Shown here: piece by piece, positions 30,713 to 44,258 of the stretch
Layout: each line of letters starts with the position of its first letter
Position numbering within the stretch: the first letter of the stretch is position 1
Assembly (NCBI GenBank): GCA_964640635.1
Contig: CAZXFD010000001.1
Location: 17,273 to 81,272 of the forward strand
Length of the DNA: 64,000 nt
Direction of reading: 5' to 3'
DNA from: an uncultured Gammaproteobacteria bacterium
GTDB taxonomy: Bacteria; Patescibacteriota; Patescibacteriia; UBA1558; S5-K13
Translations under genes and position numbers: made by a program
The notes under the pieces: model-generated
What the model was told of the DNA's origin: nothing
Databases searched by the model: none
What the model saw: the letters and a program-made list of their open reading frames with translations, nothing else

Positions 30713-30840
30713 CAAATATCAAATTTTCAATTTCAAATCAATATCAAATGACAAATAATTAATATCAAAATTATTAAATATTTGAAATTTTGATTTTGAA
30801 ATTGACTAGTCATTGGATATTTGAAATTTGAAATTAAATT
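30713..30840. repeat. AT-rich imperfect palindromic region built from tcaaat / atttga units
   Basis: aattttcaatttcaaat...atcaaat... mirrored by atttgaaattttgattttgaaatt and atttgaaatttgaaatt. Confidence 0.7.
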
Positions 30841-30841
30841 T

Positions 30842-31132
30842 ATGGATTCAATCAAAAATATATTACCAAGTAGCCTCTTTCGAAACAAAATCAAGTCTCA
30901 AGTAGATGCTTGTAATGTTCTTGAAGAATTTAGAATTCTTGTTAGAAATGTGTGGGGAGAAGAGGTCGTTGCTATGGCAGACCCTAAATATTTGAAAGAA
31001 GGCATACTTTTTGTTATATGCTCTTCTTCGACTGTGTCGGCAGCGCTTTTTATGGCAAAGAAAAAAATAATAGAGGAAATAAATAATAAAATGGAGTCAG
31101 ACGTTGTAAAAGATATAGTTTTTAGGATATAG
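30842..31132 (+). CDS. DUF721 / DciA-like protein
   Basis: About 97 aa with W-GEEVVA-A-P..L.-G-L-V-SS-A-EL-like spacing, in a gyrB-proximal neighbourhood. The start is taken at ATG 30842. Confidence 0.5.
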   Translation: MDSIKNILPSSLFRNKIKSQVDACNVLEEFRILVRNVWGEEVVAMADPKYLKEGILFVICSSSTVSAALFMAKKKIIEEINNKMESDVVKDIVFRI

Positions 31133-31232
31133 GAATAGGGGTATGAGGCAAGGGGCTAGATATATGGAATAAGGTATTGTAGATGAGGGGATAGATCTGG
31201 CAGCTTTATCGATGTAGGGCTGTTTTTTATAG

Positions 31233-31263
31233 AAATAAAAAAGCGTCTCTTTTCGAGAGACGC
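31233..31263 (-). terminator. Hairpin with an 8-bp GC stem whose T-run is on the minus strand
   Basis: gcgtctct-tttcg-agagacgc preceded on the + strand by aaataaaaaa. No minus-strand CDS ends here, so an sRNA is possible. Confidence 0.45.
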
Positions 31264-31521
31264 ATAACTTGGACTAAGTCCCTTTATCCATTGGACCATC
31301 CTCCATATATTTATTAATGTAATTATAGCATATTATAATTATTTGTCAATAGTGCTATTGTGGGCAAGTTTATGGGCGTATTAACACCTTGGGGGCGTAG
31401 TAGAAAGGTTGTTTTTCACTTATTTTTTGCTATAATAAGTATGTGATTCTTGTTAGATAAATATTTAAAATAGGATTTTAATATTTAACAGGGTTCTTTG
31501 ATTTATTAAATATATAAATAA

Positions 31522-31926
31522 ATGAATTTACAGAAGTTTCTTATTTTTATGATAATAGGTAGTTTTATAAGTCTTTTTGCATGGATTATTGTGCTTTTAT
31601 TTATAAATCCTACAGAATCAGGGCCAGTTTTGATGCTCCTTTTTTATCTTAGCTTAGGTCTTACAGTTTTAGGATTTTTCACAATTTTTGGGTTTATGAT
31701 ACGAAAATTTGGTTCCAAAAAAGAACCTGTTTTTGAGCAAGTAATTATTTCTTTTAGACAAGCACTTTGGATTTCTTTTGTTGTTGTTATTTCCTTATTT
31801 TTAAAATCAAAAGGACTTTTGAATTGGACCAATGAAATATTGCTTATTTTGGCACTTTCTCTTATTGAATTCTTTTGTCTTAGCACAAAAGATAAAGACG
31901 TAGAAAATAAAATAAACATTCATTAA
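31522..31926 (+). CDS. Small integral membrane protein
   Basis: 134 aa with four hydrophobic helices; an extended -10 (tgctataat) lies upstream. Confidence 0.4.
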   Translation: MNLQKFLIFMIIGSFISLFAWIIVLLFINPTESGPVLMLLFYLSLGLTVLGFFTIFGFMIRKFGSKKEPVFEQVIISFRQALWISFVVVISLFLKSKGLLNWTNEILLILALSLIEFFCLSTKDKDVENKINIH

Positions 31927-31948
31927 ACTTATTAATTGTATTAATTTC

Positions 31949-32989
31949 ATGCAAAATATATTAACTTCGATAAAACAAAAAGCACTCAAAGAGCTGGAAA
32001 ATATAAAATCTTCAGATGAGTATATTAAACTTGAAAAAAAATATTTAGGACGTAATGGTGAATTTACTAAGGCAATAAAAGATATAAAAAATTTAGCAGA
32101 AAAAGAACGTCCTATTATTGGTAAGCTAGCAAATGAAATAAGAATAGATTTGGAAAACGGTTTCAATAAAATAAAAATTGATATTTCAGATACTGTAGAT
32201 GATATAAAGAATTCTATTTTTTCAATGGATCCAACAATACAGGCTAAAAAGCAAGAAATAGGTCATCTTCACCCTACTACGCTTGTTCAAAATGAACTTA
32301 TGGACATTTTCGCTTCTATGGGTTTTATGATTTTAGAAGGGCCAGAGCTTGAGTCAGATTATTATAATTTTGAGGCTTTGAATATTCCTGCAACTCATCC
32401 AGCTCGCGATATGCAGGATACTTATTTTATAAAACCAGATAAAAAACTATGTTCGTCTCAGATGGTTTTAAGAACTCATACTTCAAATATGGAAGTTAGA
32501 ACAATGCATGAATATGGCGCTCCATTAAAAGCAATTTTTCCTGGAAAATGTTATAGAAACGAAGCAATAGATGTTTGTCATGATAATTCTTTTTATCAAT
32601 TGGAAGGAATGGTTATAGATAAAAATATTTCAGTGGCAAATCTTATCGCTATTATGGAAGAATTTTTATCCAAGGTTTTTAAAAGGGACGTGAAAACAAA
32701 ATTACGACCAGGATATTTTCCATTTGTTGAACCTGGTTTTGAATTAGATATGAATTGTATTATTTGTGAAGGAGAGGGTTGTCCATCTTGCAAGAATAGT
32801 GGCTGGCTTGAAATGATCGGATGTGGACTTCTGCATCCAAATGTTTTAAAAAATGGAGGAGTAGATCCAGATAAATATAGTGGTCTTGCATTTGGATTAG
32901 GAGTTACAAGAATGATAATGATGCTTTATCAAATAGGTGATATAAGGTTAATGCATTCTGGAGATTTAAGATTTACGAAACAATTTTAA
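31949..32989 (+). CDS. pheS: Phenylalanine--tRNA ligase alpha subunit
   Basis: Class II core GYFPFVEPGFELD and HPARDMQDTYF. Confidence 0.9.
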   Translation: MQNILTSIKQKALKELENIKSSDEYIKLEKKYLGRNGEFTKAIKDIKNLAEKERPIIGKLANEIRIDLENGFNKIKIDISDTVDDIKNSIFSMDPTIQAKKQEIGHLHPTTLVQNELMDIFASMGFMILEGPELESDYYNFEALNIPATHPARDMQDTYFIKPDKKLCSSQMVLRTHTSNMEVRTMHEYGAPLKAIFPGKCYRNEAIDVCHDNSFYQLEGMVIDKNISVANLIAIMEEFLSKVFKRDVKTKLRPGYFPFVEPGFELDMNCIICEGEGCPSCKNSGWLEMIGCGLLHPNVLKNGGVDPDKYSGLAFGLGVTRMIMMLYQIGDIRLMHSGDLRFTKQF

Positions 32990-33095
32990 TAAAATAGTCA
33001 AAAAGTCGAAAAGCGAAAGTCGTAAATAATGTTCTAGCTTTTTAAAAATACTTTTCACTTTTGCCTTTTCACTTTTTAACTTTAAACTTAATACC

Positions 33096-35522
33096 ATGTT
33101 GATATCCTTAAAATGGCTTAAAAATTATATAAATATTCCAAATGATATTAGTCCTTTAGAATTGGCAAATAAAATTACAACCTCTGTTGTTGAAATAAAT
33201 GATGTTATTTTTCAAGGTGAGCACTTAGAAAATATAGTTGTTGGAAATATTATTGAAATAAACAAACATCCAAACGCAGATAAGCTAAATATTTGTCAGG
33301 TAGATACAGGACGTCATGGCATTTTAAAAATTGTTTGTGGAGGAAACAATGTAAGAAAAGATATGACAGTTCCAGTGGTATTGCCAGGCGCAAGGGTAAA
33401 GTGGCACGGACAAGGAGATCTTATTACTCTAGAGAAAACAAGTATAAGAGGTGTTGAATCAGATGGAATGATTGCTTCGGTAGAGGAAATTGGAATATCT
33501 TCAAAATATTATTGTGAGGGTGGAATTGCAGATTTAGATTTAGATAAATCATATATTGGCTCAGATCTCAAGACAGCCCTTGGATTAGATGATGTAATTT
33601 TTGATATAGAAAATAAAACTCTTACAAATAGACCAGATTTGTGGGGGCACTATGGGATGGCAAGAGAAATAGCGGTTCTTCTCGGTGTAAAATTTAAGAA
33701 TATGATTTTTGATGATGCAATATTTAGTAAGCCAGATAAAAAATGTCTTTTTGATGTTGTCATAGAAGATACAGTTGCTTGTCCCAGATACGTTGGTATT
33801 GTTGTAAAAGATATAAAAATTAAAGAATCTCCACAGTGGCTTGTAAGACAACTCGAAGCAGTGAATATAAAATCAATAAATAATATAGTAGACATAACAA
33901 ATTTTGTAATGATGGAGCTTGGACAACCACTTCACGCATTTGACTTAAAAAGTATAGATTCTTTTCGTATTATAGTAAGAAAAGCAAAAGCAAAAGAGAA
34001 ATTTAAAACATTAGATGATCAAGAGAGAATATTAACTAGTGAAGATTTATTAATTTGTGATGCAAAAAAACCTATTGCAATTGCAGGAATTATGGGTGGA
34101 AAAAATAGCGAAATAAAAAATACGACAACAGATATTTTTATAGAGTCAGCAAGTTTTGAAGCTATATCTATTAGAAAAACATCAAATAGATTAGGTCTTA
34201 GAACAGAAGCAAGTACAAGGTTTGAAAAATCGCTAGACCCAAATCTCACAAGAAAGGCTATTATAAGAGCAGTAGAGCTTATTAAACAATTAAATTTAGA
34301 AAGCTTGCATTGTGGCAAGTTGATAGACCAAGACTTCTCCGATAGAAAAGAAAGTAAACTTAACGTATCAATTGATTTTATAAATCAAAAACTTGGTTTT
34401 GAAATTCCCACAAAAGATATTTTAAATATTTTAAGTGGATTGAATTTTTCTCCAAAAGAAAAAAGAGATAACTCAATAGATGTTGTTATTCCAACTTATC
34501 GTGGTGGAGCAGATATAAAAATAAAAGAAGATATAGTTGAGGAGGTTGCAAGAATTTATGGATATAATAATATCAAAGGAATTTATCCAGTTTTAGAAAT
34601 CAAAGCCCCTTTTATTGATAAATCTATTTTATTTGAAAGAAATATAAAAAATTTCGTATCTAGAGATTTGAAATACAATGAAGTATATAATTATTCAATG
34701 ATTTCGGGTGATGATATAAGTAATATTTTGGAAAAAAGTGATAATTTTATAGAGCTTGCAAATTCTGTTTCAAAAAATATAAAATATTTAAGAAATTCTC
34801 TTGCGGTGGGTATATTAAAAAATATGAAAGACAACTTAAGATATTTTAAGAAGTTTCAATTATTTGAAGTTGGTAGGGTTTTTTCAAAAGATATGGGTGA
34901 ATATAAAGTAGATATAGAATCAGGGGAATTTTTACCAAAACAAGATAAAATTTTAGCTATTTCTAGCGTGGGAGCAGATTATTATTCTTTTAAAGGGGAT
35001 TTGGAGCTTATTTTGAGTAATTTTGGAATTAAGTATATTTCTAAAATTGGAGAGAATGTTTTTTGTGAAAAAGAGGGTATTTTGGGATATTATGTTGATG
35101 AAAAATTGGTTGCTTTTTTGGGAATTGTTTCAGATGAAATAAGACGTAATTTTGATATAAAAGAAAGGGTTTTGTATGCAGAAATTAATCTTTCAAAAAT
35201 TCTTAAGTATAAGCAAAATTTGAAATATTATAAGCCATTACCAAAGTATCCAAGCATGACTTATGATATTTCGATGGTGGTTTCAAATAGTTTGCTTTGG
35301 CAAGATATAGAGCAGGCAGTGACAGCAATTTCTCCACTAATTGAAACAATAGAAATTTTTGATGTGTATGATGGAGAAAAGATAGAAAAAGGAAAAAGAT
35401 CTTTAGCTTTTCATATTGTTTTTAGTGATGCAACAAGAACTCTAACAAGTAAAGAAACAGAAAATGCTATGAAATCTATAAAGAAAATGCTCGTTGATAA
35501 ATTCAAGGTAAGTATTAGATAA
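33096..35522 (+). CDS. pheT: Phenylalanine--tRNA ligase beta subunit
   Basis: N-terminus MLISLKWLKNYI, tRNA-binding, B3/4, B5 and anticodon-binding arrangement; 808 aa. Confidence 0.9.
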   Translation: MLISLKWLKNYINIPNDISPLELANKITTSVVEINDVIFQGEHLENIVVGNIIEINKHPNADKLNICQVDTGRHGILKIVCGGNNVRKDMTVPVVLPGARVKWHGQGDLITLEKTSIRGVESDGMIASVEEIGISSKYYCEGGIADLDLDKSYIGSDLKTALGLDDVIFDIENKTLTNRPDLWGHYGMAREIAVLLGVKFKNMIFDDAIFSKPDKKCLFDVVIEDTVACPRYVGIVVKDIKIKESPQWLVRQLEAVNIKSINNIVDITNFVMMELGQPLHAFDLKSIDSFRIIVRKAKAKEKFKTLDDQERILTSEDLLICDAKKPIAIAGIMGGKNSEIKNTTTDIFIESASFEAISIRKTSNRLGLRTEASTRFEKSLDPNLTRKAIIRAVELIKQLNLESLHCGKLIDQDFSDRKESKLNVSIDFINQKLGFEIPTKDILNILSGLNFSPKEKRDNSIDVVIPTYRGGADIKIKEDIVEEVARIYGYNNIKGIYPVLEIKAPFIDKSILFERNIKNFVSRDLKYNEVYNYSMISGDDISNILEKSDNFIELANSVSKNIKYLRNSLAVGILKNMKDNLRYFKKFQLFEVGRVFSKDMGEYKVDIESGEFLPKQDKILAISSVGADYYSFKGDLELILSNFGIKYISKIGENVFCEKEGILGYYVDEKLVAFLGIVSDEIRRNFDIKERVLYAEINLSKILKYKQNLKYYKPLPKYPSMTYDISMVVSNSLLWQDIEQAVTAISPLIETIEIFDVYDGEKIEKGKRSLAFHIVFSDATRTLTSKETENAMKSIKKMLVDKFKVSIR

Positions 35523-35547
35523 ATTGTTTAATAAATAAATTAAAATT

Positions 35548-35904
35548 ATGCAAGAGATAAAAAAAATATTACCAAGTTCTTTGGCTAAATATTTATCTAT
35601 AGTAGCCTCAATGGCAATCTTGTTGAGTGGAATTTTAAGTCTTTTGTTAAATTTGGTAAATTTAGAAACTCAATTATATAGATGGCCTGAGTATTTAATA
35701 AATATTTTGGTCGGAACTATATTCGCTTATATTGTTTTTGGAATTATAGGATATTTATTTGCGAGTTTGTATAACTTTTTATCATCAAAGACGACTGGAA
35801 TTATTATTGAGACGAAAGATATTGATTTAGAATTATCGTATTTAAAGAAGAAAAAAGAATTAAAAGTTGATAAAAAAGAAGACGAAGAACGATTTATTGT
35901 TTAG
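35548..35904 (+). CDS. Small membrane protein
   Basis: 118 aa with two hydrophobic helices and a charged C-terminal tail. Confidence 0.4.
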   Translation: MQEIKKILPSSLAKYLSIVASMAILLSGILSLLLNLVNLETQLYRWPEYLINILVGTIFAYIVFGIIGYLFASLYNFLSSKTTGIIIETKDIDLELSYLKKKKELKVDKKEDEERFIV

Positions 35905-36002
35905 TGATCTATGATTAAGGGCTCCTCATTTTGGGGAGTTTTTTGATCCTTTTGGTTTATAAATTAGCCTTATTTTAGCCCTTATAATGGCATTAAAACA
36001 TC

Positions 36003-36031
36003 TTGAATTTAATGCTTTTTTTTGATATAAT
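36003..36031 (+). promoter_or_regulatory. Sigma70-like promoter upstream of gyrB
   Basis: TTGAAT, a 17-nt spacer, then TATAAT. Confidence 0.4.
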
Positions 36032-36050
36032 TACACTAGAATTCTAATGA

Positions 36051-38126
<2,076 letters not shown>

Positions 38127-38182
38127 CATAGTGTTTAGTAGTTAGGGTTTAGTATTTAGATATAAATATAATATTTATATAA

Positions 38183-38214
38183 AAAAAGAGGACTGGGTAT
38201 TCCAGTCCTTTTTT
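38183..38214. terminator. Bidirectional terminator between gyrB and the convergent CBS gene
   Basis: aaaaaaag-aggactgg-gtatt-ccagtcc-tttttt. Confidence 0.8.
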
Positions 38215-38252
38215 GGTGTTTTGATTTTTTGATTAGATGTTTATTTTTTTGT

Positions 38253-39221
38253 TTATTCATCATCATTTTCATCTCTTATTTCACCAACAATTTCTTCAAG
38301 CATATCTTCAAGTGTAAGCATGCCTATTAGTTGTTCTTTGTTTCTATATACAAGAGCAATATGAATTCTTCGTTTTATCATTTTTTTGAGAATTTTGTCT
38401 ATTTTTGTATCTTCATTTACTGTTATGATTGGTTCTACATATTTTTTTATTTCATCTTCTCTGTTGTCACTATTTAAAACTCTCATAATATCTATTATGT
38501 GAACATATCCAATAATATTGTCTTCTTGATTGTGAAAAACGGGATATCTACTAAAACCCTCTTCTGAAATAAAATGTGCTATTTTATCAATTTCAGCATC
38601 TTCGTTTATAACAGACATTTTGTATCTAGGAGTCATAACTTCTTTTGCTGTTTTTTCTTCAAAATTAATAATATTCATTATCATTTCATGTTCTTTGAAT
38701 TTTAAAACTCCATGTTCTACGGCGAGTCTACTAAAAGCCTTAAACTCTTGTTCGGAAACAATATTTTTCATTTTATTGCCAGTTATTAGTCTCAGTAATT
38801 TTTCAAGCAATATAACTATTGGATAAAATATTATTTCTAAAGCATATATTATTGGAGAAAACATTAGGGCGAGTTTTTCTGCGTGATTTTGAGCAAATGC
38901 TTTTGGGCACATTTCCCCGAATATAAGTATCAAAAGCGTCATTACACCTGTTGCTATTCCAAGTGCGCCATTTTCAAATTTTTGTTCTACCCAAAGACTC
39001 ATCATGCCAGCAGCTGTAATATTTACTAGATTATTGCCAAGCAATATTACTACAAGTAGTCTTTTCTTATTTTTGAGAAGTTTTTCTAATAGTTTGGCAT
39101 TTTTTTTCTTTGCCATGACCATTGATTTCACAGATCCAGGAGTCGTTGAAAAAAGAGCTATTTCAGTTCCAGAAAACCAAGCAGACATAATGAGTAGTAT
39201 AATAATCCAAACAAAAAACAT
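38253..39221 (-). CDS. DUF21 (CNNM) plus CBS-pair membrane protein (hemolysin/CorC family)
   Basis: N-terminal four-TM DUF21 followed by two CBS domains; 322 aa. Confidence 0.75.
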   Translation of the reverse strand: MFFVWIIILLIMSAWFSGTEIALFSTTPGSVKSMVMAKKKNAKLLEKLLKNKKRLLVVILLGNNLVNITAAGMMSLWVEQKFENGALGIATGVMTLLILIFGEMCPKAFAQNHAEKLALMFSPIIYALEIIFYPIVILLEKLLRLITGNKMKNIVSEQEFKAFSRLAVEHGVLKFKEHEMIMNIINFEEKTAKEVMTPRYKMSVINEDAEIDKIAHFISEEGFSRYPVFHNQEDNIIGYVHIIDIMRVLNSDNREDEIKKYVEPIITVNEDTKIDKILKKMIKRRIHIALVYRNKEQLIGMLTLEDMLEEIVGEIRDENDDE

Positions 39222-39342
39222 GTTATTTATTTTTTTAGTTTATCAATACATTAAGAATAACACAGGATTTGTATGGTAGCAATTTGAGACTAATAGAGGA
39301 ATATTGACAAGAGATGTGGCTTGATATAAGATTATATATGAG

Positions 39343-39369
39343 TTAGCACTTGTGAGTTATGAGTGCTAA
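39343..39369 (+). promoter_or_regulatory. CIRCE operator (HrcA binding site) upstream of groES-groEL
   Basis: TTAGCACTT-N9-GAGTGCTAA compared with the consensus TTAGCACTC-N9-GAGTGCTAA. It follows TTGACA at 39304-39309. Confidence 0.75.
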
Positions 39370-39452
39370 AAATAATAATAAACTAAGTCTCAGAATATTG
39401 CTTTGGGAGTATTTCCTGAAAGCTGAGAGCTGAGGCCTGAAAGCTAAAATAT

Positions 39453-39743
39453 ATGCAATTAAAGCCAATTTTTGACAATATAGTTGTCAAGAAAGTTAGT
39501 ATGGAAGAAAAAACAAAAAGCGGGATAGTTCTTCCAGATACAATTGATAAAGAAAAACCACAACAAGGAGAAGTGATTGCAGTAGGAACTGGTAAAATAT
39601 TAGACAATGGAACAAGATCTCAAATGGAGGTTAAGGTCGGGGATAAAGTATTATTTAGAAAATATGCACCAGATGAAATCAAAATCGACGGAGAAGAATA
39701 TTTGGTAATGACTCAAACAGATGTAATAGCTATCATAGAATAA
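39453..39743 (+). CDS. groES: Co-chaperonin GroES
   Basis: MQLKPIFDNIVVKKV...GIVLPD; 96 aa. Confidence 0.9.
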   Translation: MQLKPIFDNIVVKKVSMEEKTKSGIVLPDTIDKEKPQQGEVIAVGTGKILDNGTRSQMEVKVGDKVLFRKYAPDEIKIDGEEYLVMTQTDVIAIIE

Positions 39744-39867
39744 TAAACAAAGAATTTTGAATTATGAATTTAGAATTTTGAATAAATTATTAAATTAACT
39801 AATTTTGAAAATAAACAATTAAATTTAGCGAGTCAGGTAGTTAGTAGGTCAGGAAAGATTTGGCTGA

Positions 39868-41538
<1,671 letters not shown>

Positions 41539-41564
41539 TAAACACAAAATATGTATTTAATTGT

Positions 41565-41602
41565 AGAGATGGGTTTGAAACCCATCTTTACGTTTTTATT
41601 TA
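41565..41602 (+). terminator. groEL terminator
   Basis: agatgggtt-tga-aacccatct (9-bp stem) followed by ttacgtttttattt. Confidence 0.7.
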
Positions 41603-41697
41603 TCTGGATATCCGCTCCCATATAAAAATCCTTTATTTTATACTGATTTTATTCTATAATATAAGAAGTTGTTAAATAATTTACTTATTTTTGTATT

Positions 41698-42384
41698 ATG
41701 AATTTTAAAGAAGATAATAAAAATTTAGATGATTCTATATCAGTAGATAGTAAATATAATATTTCAAAAAGTTTTTCCATAGACGATGTTTTATATGAAG
41801 AGAAAATAAAAAGTAGCGCTTTTAATAATCTCAATAATAACAATAAGAAAAAGGAATATATTTCTTTTGGCATAGATAAAGATGAACTTCAAAAAAGACT
41901 TTCATCTCATGATAGTTCTCGCCCGGAATATAGAAATGCTTTTGCTTCAAAAGAGGATGAAAAAATAGAAGACAATAGACAAGATATTTCTTGGTATATG
42001 AAAATGGTCAAATGGCCAGCAATGTTTATTGTCCTTATAAATTTTTTGATTATAATAAAAGAGAGCACAAACTATTTAGGTAGTTTTGTTTTTTTGGATT
42101 ATATAAGGCTTCCATTTGAAATATGCGTATTTATTGTCCTTTCCTATGTAGTGGTTCAAAAAAAACATCAAATTCCAAAAATATCAGGTATTGCCGGAGC
42201 AATTTGTGGATTTATGTCTGGAATTGTTATTTCAACTATTGAACTTTTTGTATATAGAGAAATGTGGGCTATTTTTAACTTAGCAATGACAACCTCATTA
42301 CTTGTTTTAATAGGTCTAATGACAGGGCTTGTTTTTGGCGCTATTTTTTATCAAGATAAAAAAGTTTTATTAACGAATAAATAA
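41698..42384 (+). CDS. Hypothetical membrane protein
   Basis: 228 aa: a hydrophilic N-terminal half and about four hydrophobic helices in the C-terminal half. Confidence 0.4.
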   Translation: MNFKEDNKNLDDSISVDSKYNISKSFSIDDVLYEEKIKSSAFNNLNNNNKKKEYISFGIDKDELQKRLSSHDSSRPEYRNAFASKEDEKIEDNRQDISWYMKMVKWPAMFIVLINFLIIIKESTNYLGSFVFLDYIRLPFEICVFIVLSYVVVQKKHQIPKISGIAGAICGFMSGIVISTIELFVYREMWAIFNLAMTTSLLVLIGLMTGLVFGAIFYQDKKVLLTNK

Positions 42385-42388
42385 AAAT

Positions 42389-42703
42389 ATGGAAAAGAAT
42401 CAAAATTTAAATTTTAATTTAAGCACAAATAAAAAATTAGCAGTTCTTAGCTATCTATGGGTTTTTTGTTTTGTGCCTATTTTATTTTCTCGTGATGAAT
42501 TTGTAAAATTTCATGCAAAGCAAGGACTAGTATTATTTTTTGTAGAGGTAGCGTTAGTGTTTGTTGCATGGATTCCTATTTTGGGATGGTTGCTTAGCGT
42601 GGTAGTTGTTATTATGGCAGCTTTAGGAATTAGGTCAGCGTTAAGTGGAGAGAAATGGGAAATGCCTTATATTAATAATTTAGCAAAAAAAATTAAACTA
42701 TGA
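42389..42703 (+). CDS. DUF4870-like small membrane protein
   Basis: KLAVLSYLWVFCFVPILFSRDEFVKFHAKQGLVLF pattern; two TM helices. Confidence 0.45.
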   Translation: MEKNQNLNFNLSTNKKLAVLSYLWVFCFVPILFSRDEFVKFHAKQGLVLFFVEVALVFVAWIPILGWLLSVVVVIMAALGIRSALSGEKWEMPYINNLAKKIKL

Positions 42704-44130
42704 AAAGAACAAAAATTGTAGCAACGATAGGACCGTCTTCATCGAGTTATGAAAAACTTTTGGAAATGGCCAAATCTGGGATGAATGTGTGTCGATTAAA
42801 TTTTTCTCACAATTCACATGCAAGTCATTTGGAAGTTATTGAAAATATCAAAAAAGTAAGAGAAACTCTTAATATTCCACTTGCTATAATGCAAGATTTG
42901 CAAGGCCCTAAAATTAGGGTAGGAAGTGTATCAAATGATGGAATAGGAATTTATAGAGATGAAATCGTGGCATTAATTAGTGAAAAAATATTAAACTATA
43001 AATTATTAGTAGGATCTGAAAATAAAATTATTCCAGTATCTTTTCCAATTCATGAAGTTGTAAAAAAGAATTCTACAATAATGATTCATGATGGACTTAT
43101 TGAATTAAAAGTAAAAAAGATTTTAAAAGAATCTGTTTTATGTCAGGTCGTATCTGGAGGAACAGTTTTTTCTTATAAGGGAATTAATATTCCTCACGTT
43201 GATGTAAAAGAAAAAGCACTTACAAGAAAAGATTTGGAAGATTTGAAATTTGGTTTGAAGCATGATGTTGATTGGGTTGCATTGTCATTTGTAAAAAAAG
43301 CTTCTGATATAGCTGATTTAAAAAGAGCTATAAAAAGATATAAACCAAGTTCAAAAGTAAAAATAATGGCTAAGATAGAAACACCAGAATCTTTGAAAAA
43401 TATAAAAAGTATTATAGAAGAGGTTGATGGAATAATGGTGGCTCGTGGAGATTTAGGTGTTGAAATTCAGATAGAAAAAGTTCCGATAGTTCAAAAAGAT
43501 TTGATACTTCAATGTATTGAAGCTGGCAAGCCAGTTGTTGTTGCAACCCAGATGCTTGAGTCAATGGTAAAAAATCCAAAACCAACAAGAGCAGAAGTAT
43601 CAGACGTTGCAAATGCCGTAATAGATCATACAGACGCCGTTATGCTTTCTGAAGAAACTGCTTTTGGAAAATATCCACTTGAAACAGTTAAGATGATGAC
43701 AAGAATTATAAGCACAACAGAAGCTTCTCCATATGATGATGTGCTAGAACTTGATTCAAGTGAAAAATTAAAAACATTACTAGCAATATCTGAATCAGCT
43801 AAAGAACTTGTGTTAAATACAAAGGCAAAGTTAATAGTTGTTGCTACAAACTCAGGATATAGCGCTAGAATGGTTTCAAAATTTCGTCCAAGAACCCCTA
43901 TCATAGCTCTAGTAAATGATGATAATATAAAAAGACAATTAGCGATCAGCTGGGGAGTTTATTCTTATGATATGCCAAAATGTCGCACGATAGAGGAGCT
44001 TATGTCAAAGGTAATAGCGTTTATAAAAACTAAGAAACTCGCAAAAAAAGGTGACTTAGCAGTTATTGTTACGGGTCAACCAGTAGGACTTAAAGAAAAT
44101 ATGAATTTGGTAGAATTGCAAAAGATTTAA
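42700..44130 (+). CDS. pyk: Pyruvate kinase
   Basis: MKRTKIVATIGPSS, MVARGDLGVEI and the MLESM motif; 476 aa. Confidence 0.9.
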   Translation: MKRTKIVATIGPSSSSYEKLLEMAKSGMNVCRLNFSHNSHASHLEVIENIKKVRETLNIPLAIMQDLQGPKIRVGSVSNDGIGIYRDEIVALISEKILNYKLLVGSENKIIPVSFPIHEVVKKNSTIMIHDGLIELKVKKILKESVLCQVVSGGTVFSYKGINIPHVDVKEKALTRKDLEDLKFGLKHDVDWVALSFVKKASDIADLKRAIKRYKPSSKVKIMAKIETPESLKNIKSIIEEVDGIMVARGDLGVEIQIEKVPIVQKDLILQCIEAGKPVVVATQMLESMVKNPKPTRAEVSDVANAVIDHTDAVMLSEETAFGKYPLETVKMMTRIISTTEASPYDDVLELDSSEKLKTLLAISESAKELVLNTKAKLIVVATNSGYSARMVSKFRPRTPIIALVNDDNIKRQLAISWGVYSYDMPKCRTIEELMSKVIAFIKTKKLAKKGDLAVIVTGQPVGLKENMNLVELQKI

Positions 44131-44258
44131 TTAATTAGTTTTTTCCGCCATAGGCGCCTTTCTGTCCGGTAGGCAGAGATCAGCCTTCGGCTGAAGTGTT
44201 CTAAATAAAGGGTTTAGTATTTAGATATTTATTTTCCTAATCCCACTAGCCAAATAAA

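Noticed and set aside
30713-30840. Chromosomal replication origin next to the DciA-like gene
   Set aside because: No DnaA boxes (TTATCCACA or its complement) are present in or around the palindrome, and dnaA, dnaN and recF are absent from the neighbourhood.
31133-31520. tmRNA or RNase P RNA in the long spacer
   Set aside because: There is no tRNA-like 3' end (GGTTCGA...CCA), no resume-codon or tag-peptide frame, and no GGAAAGTCC-type P4 motifs.
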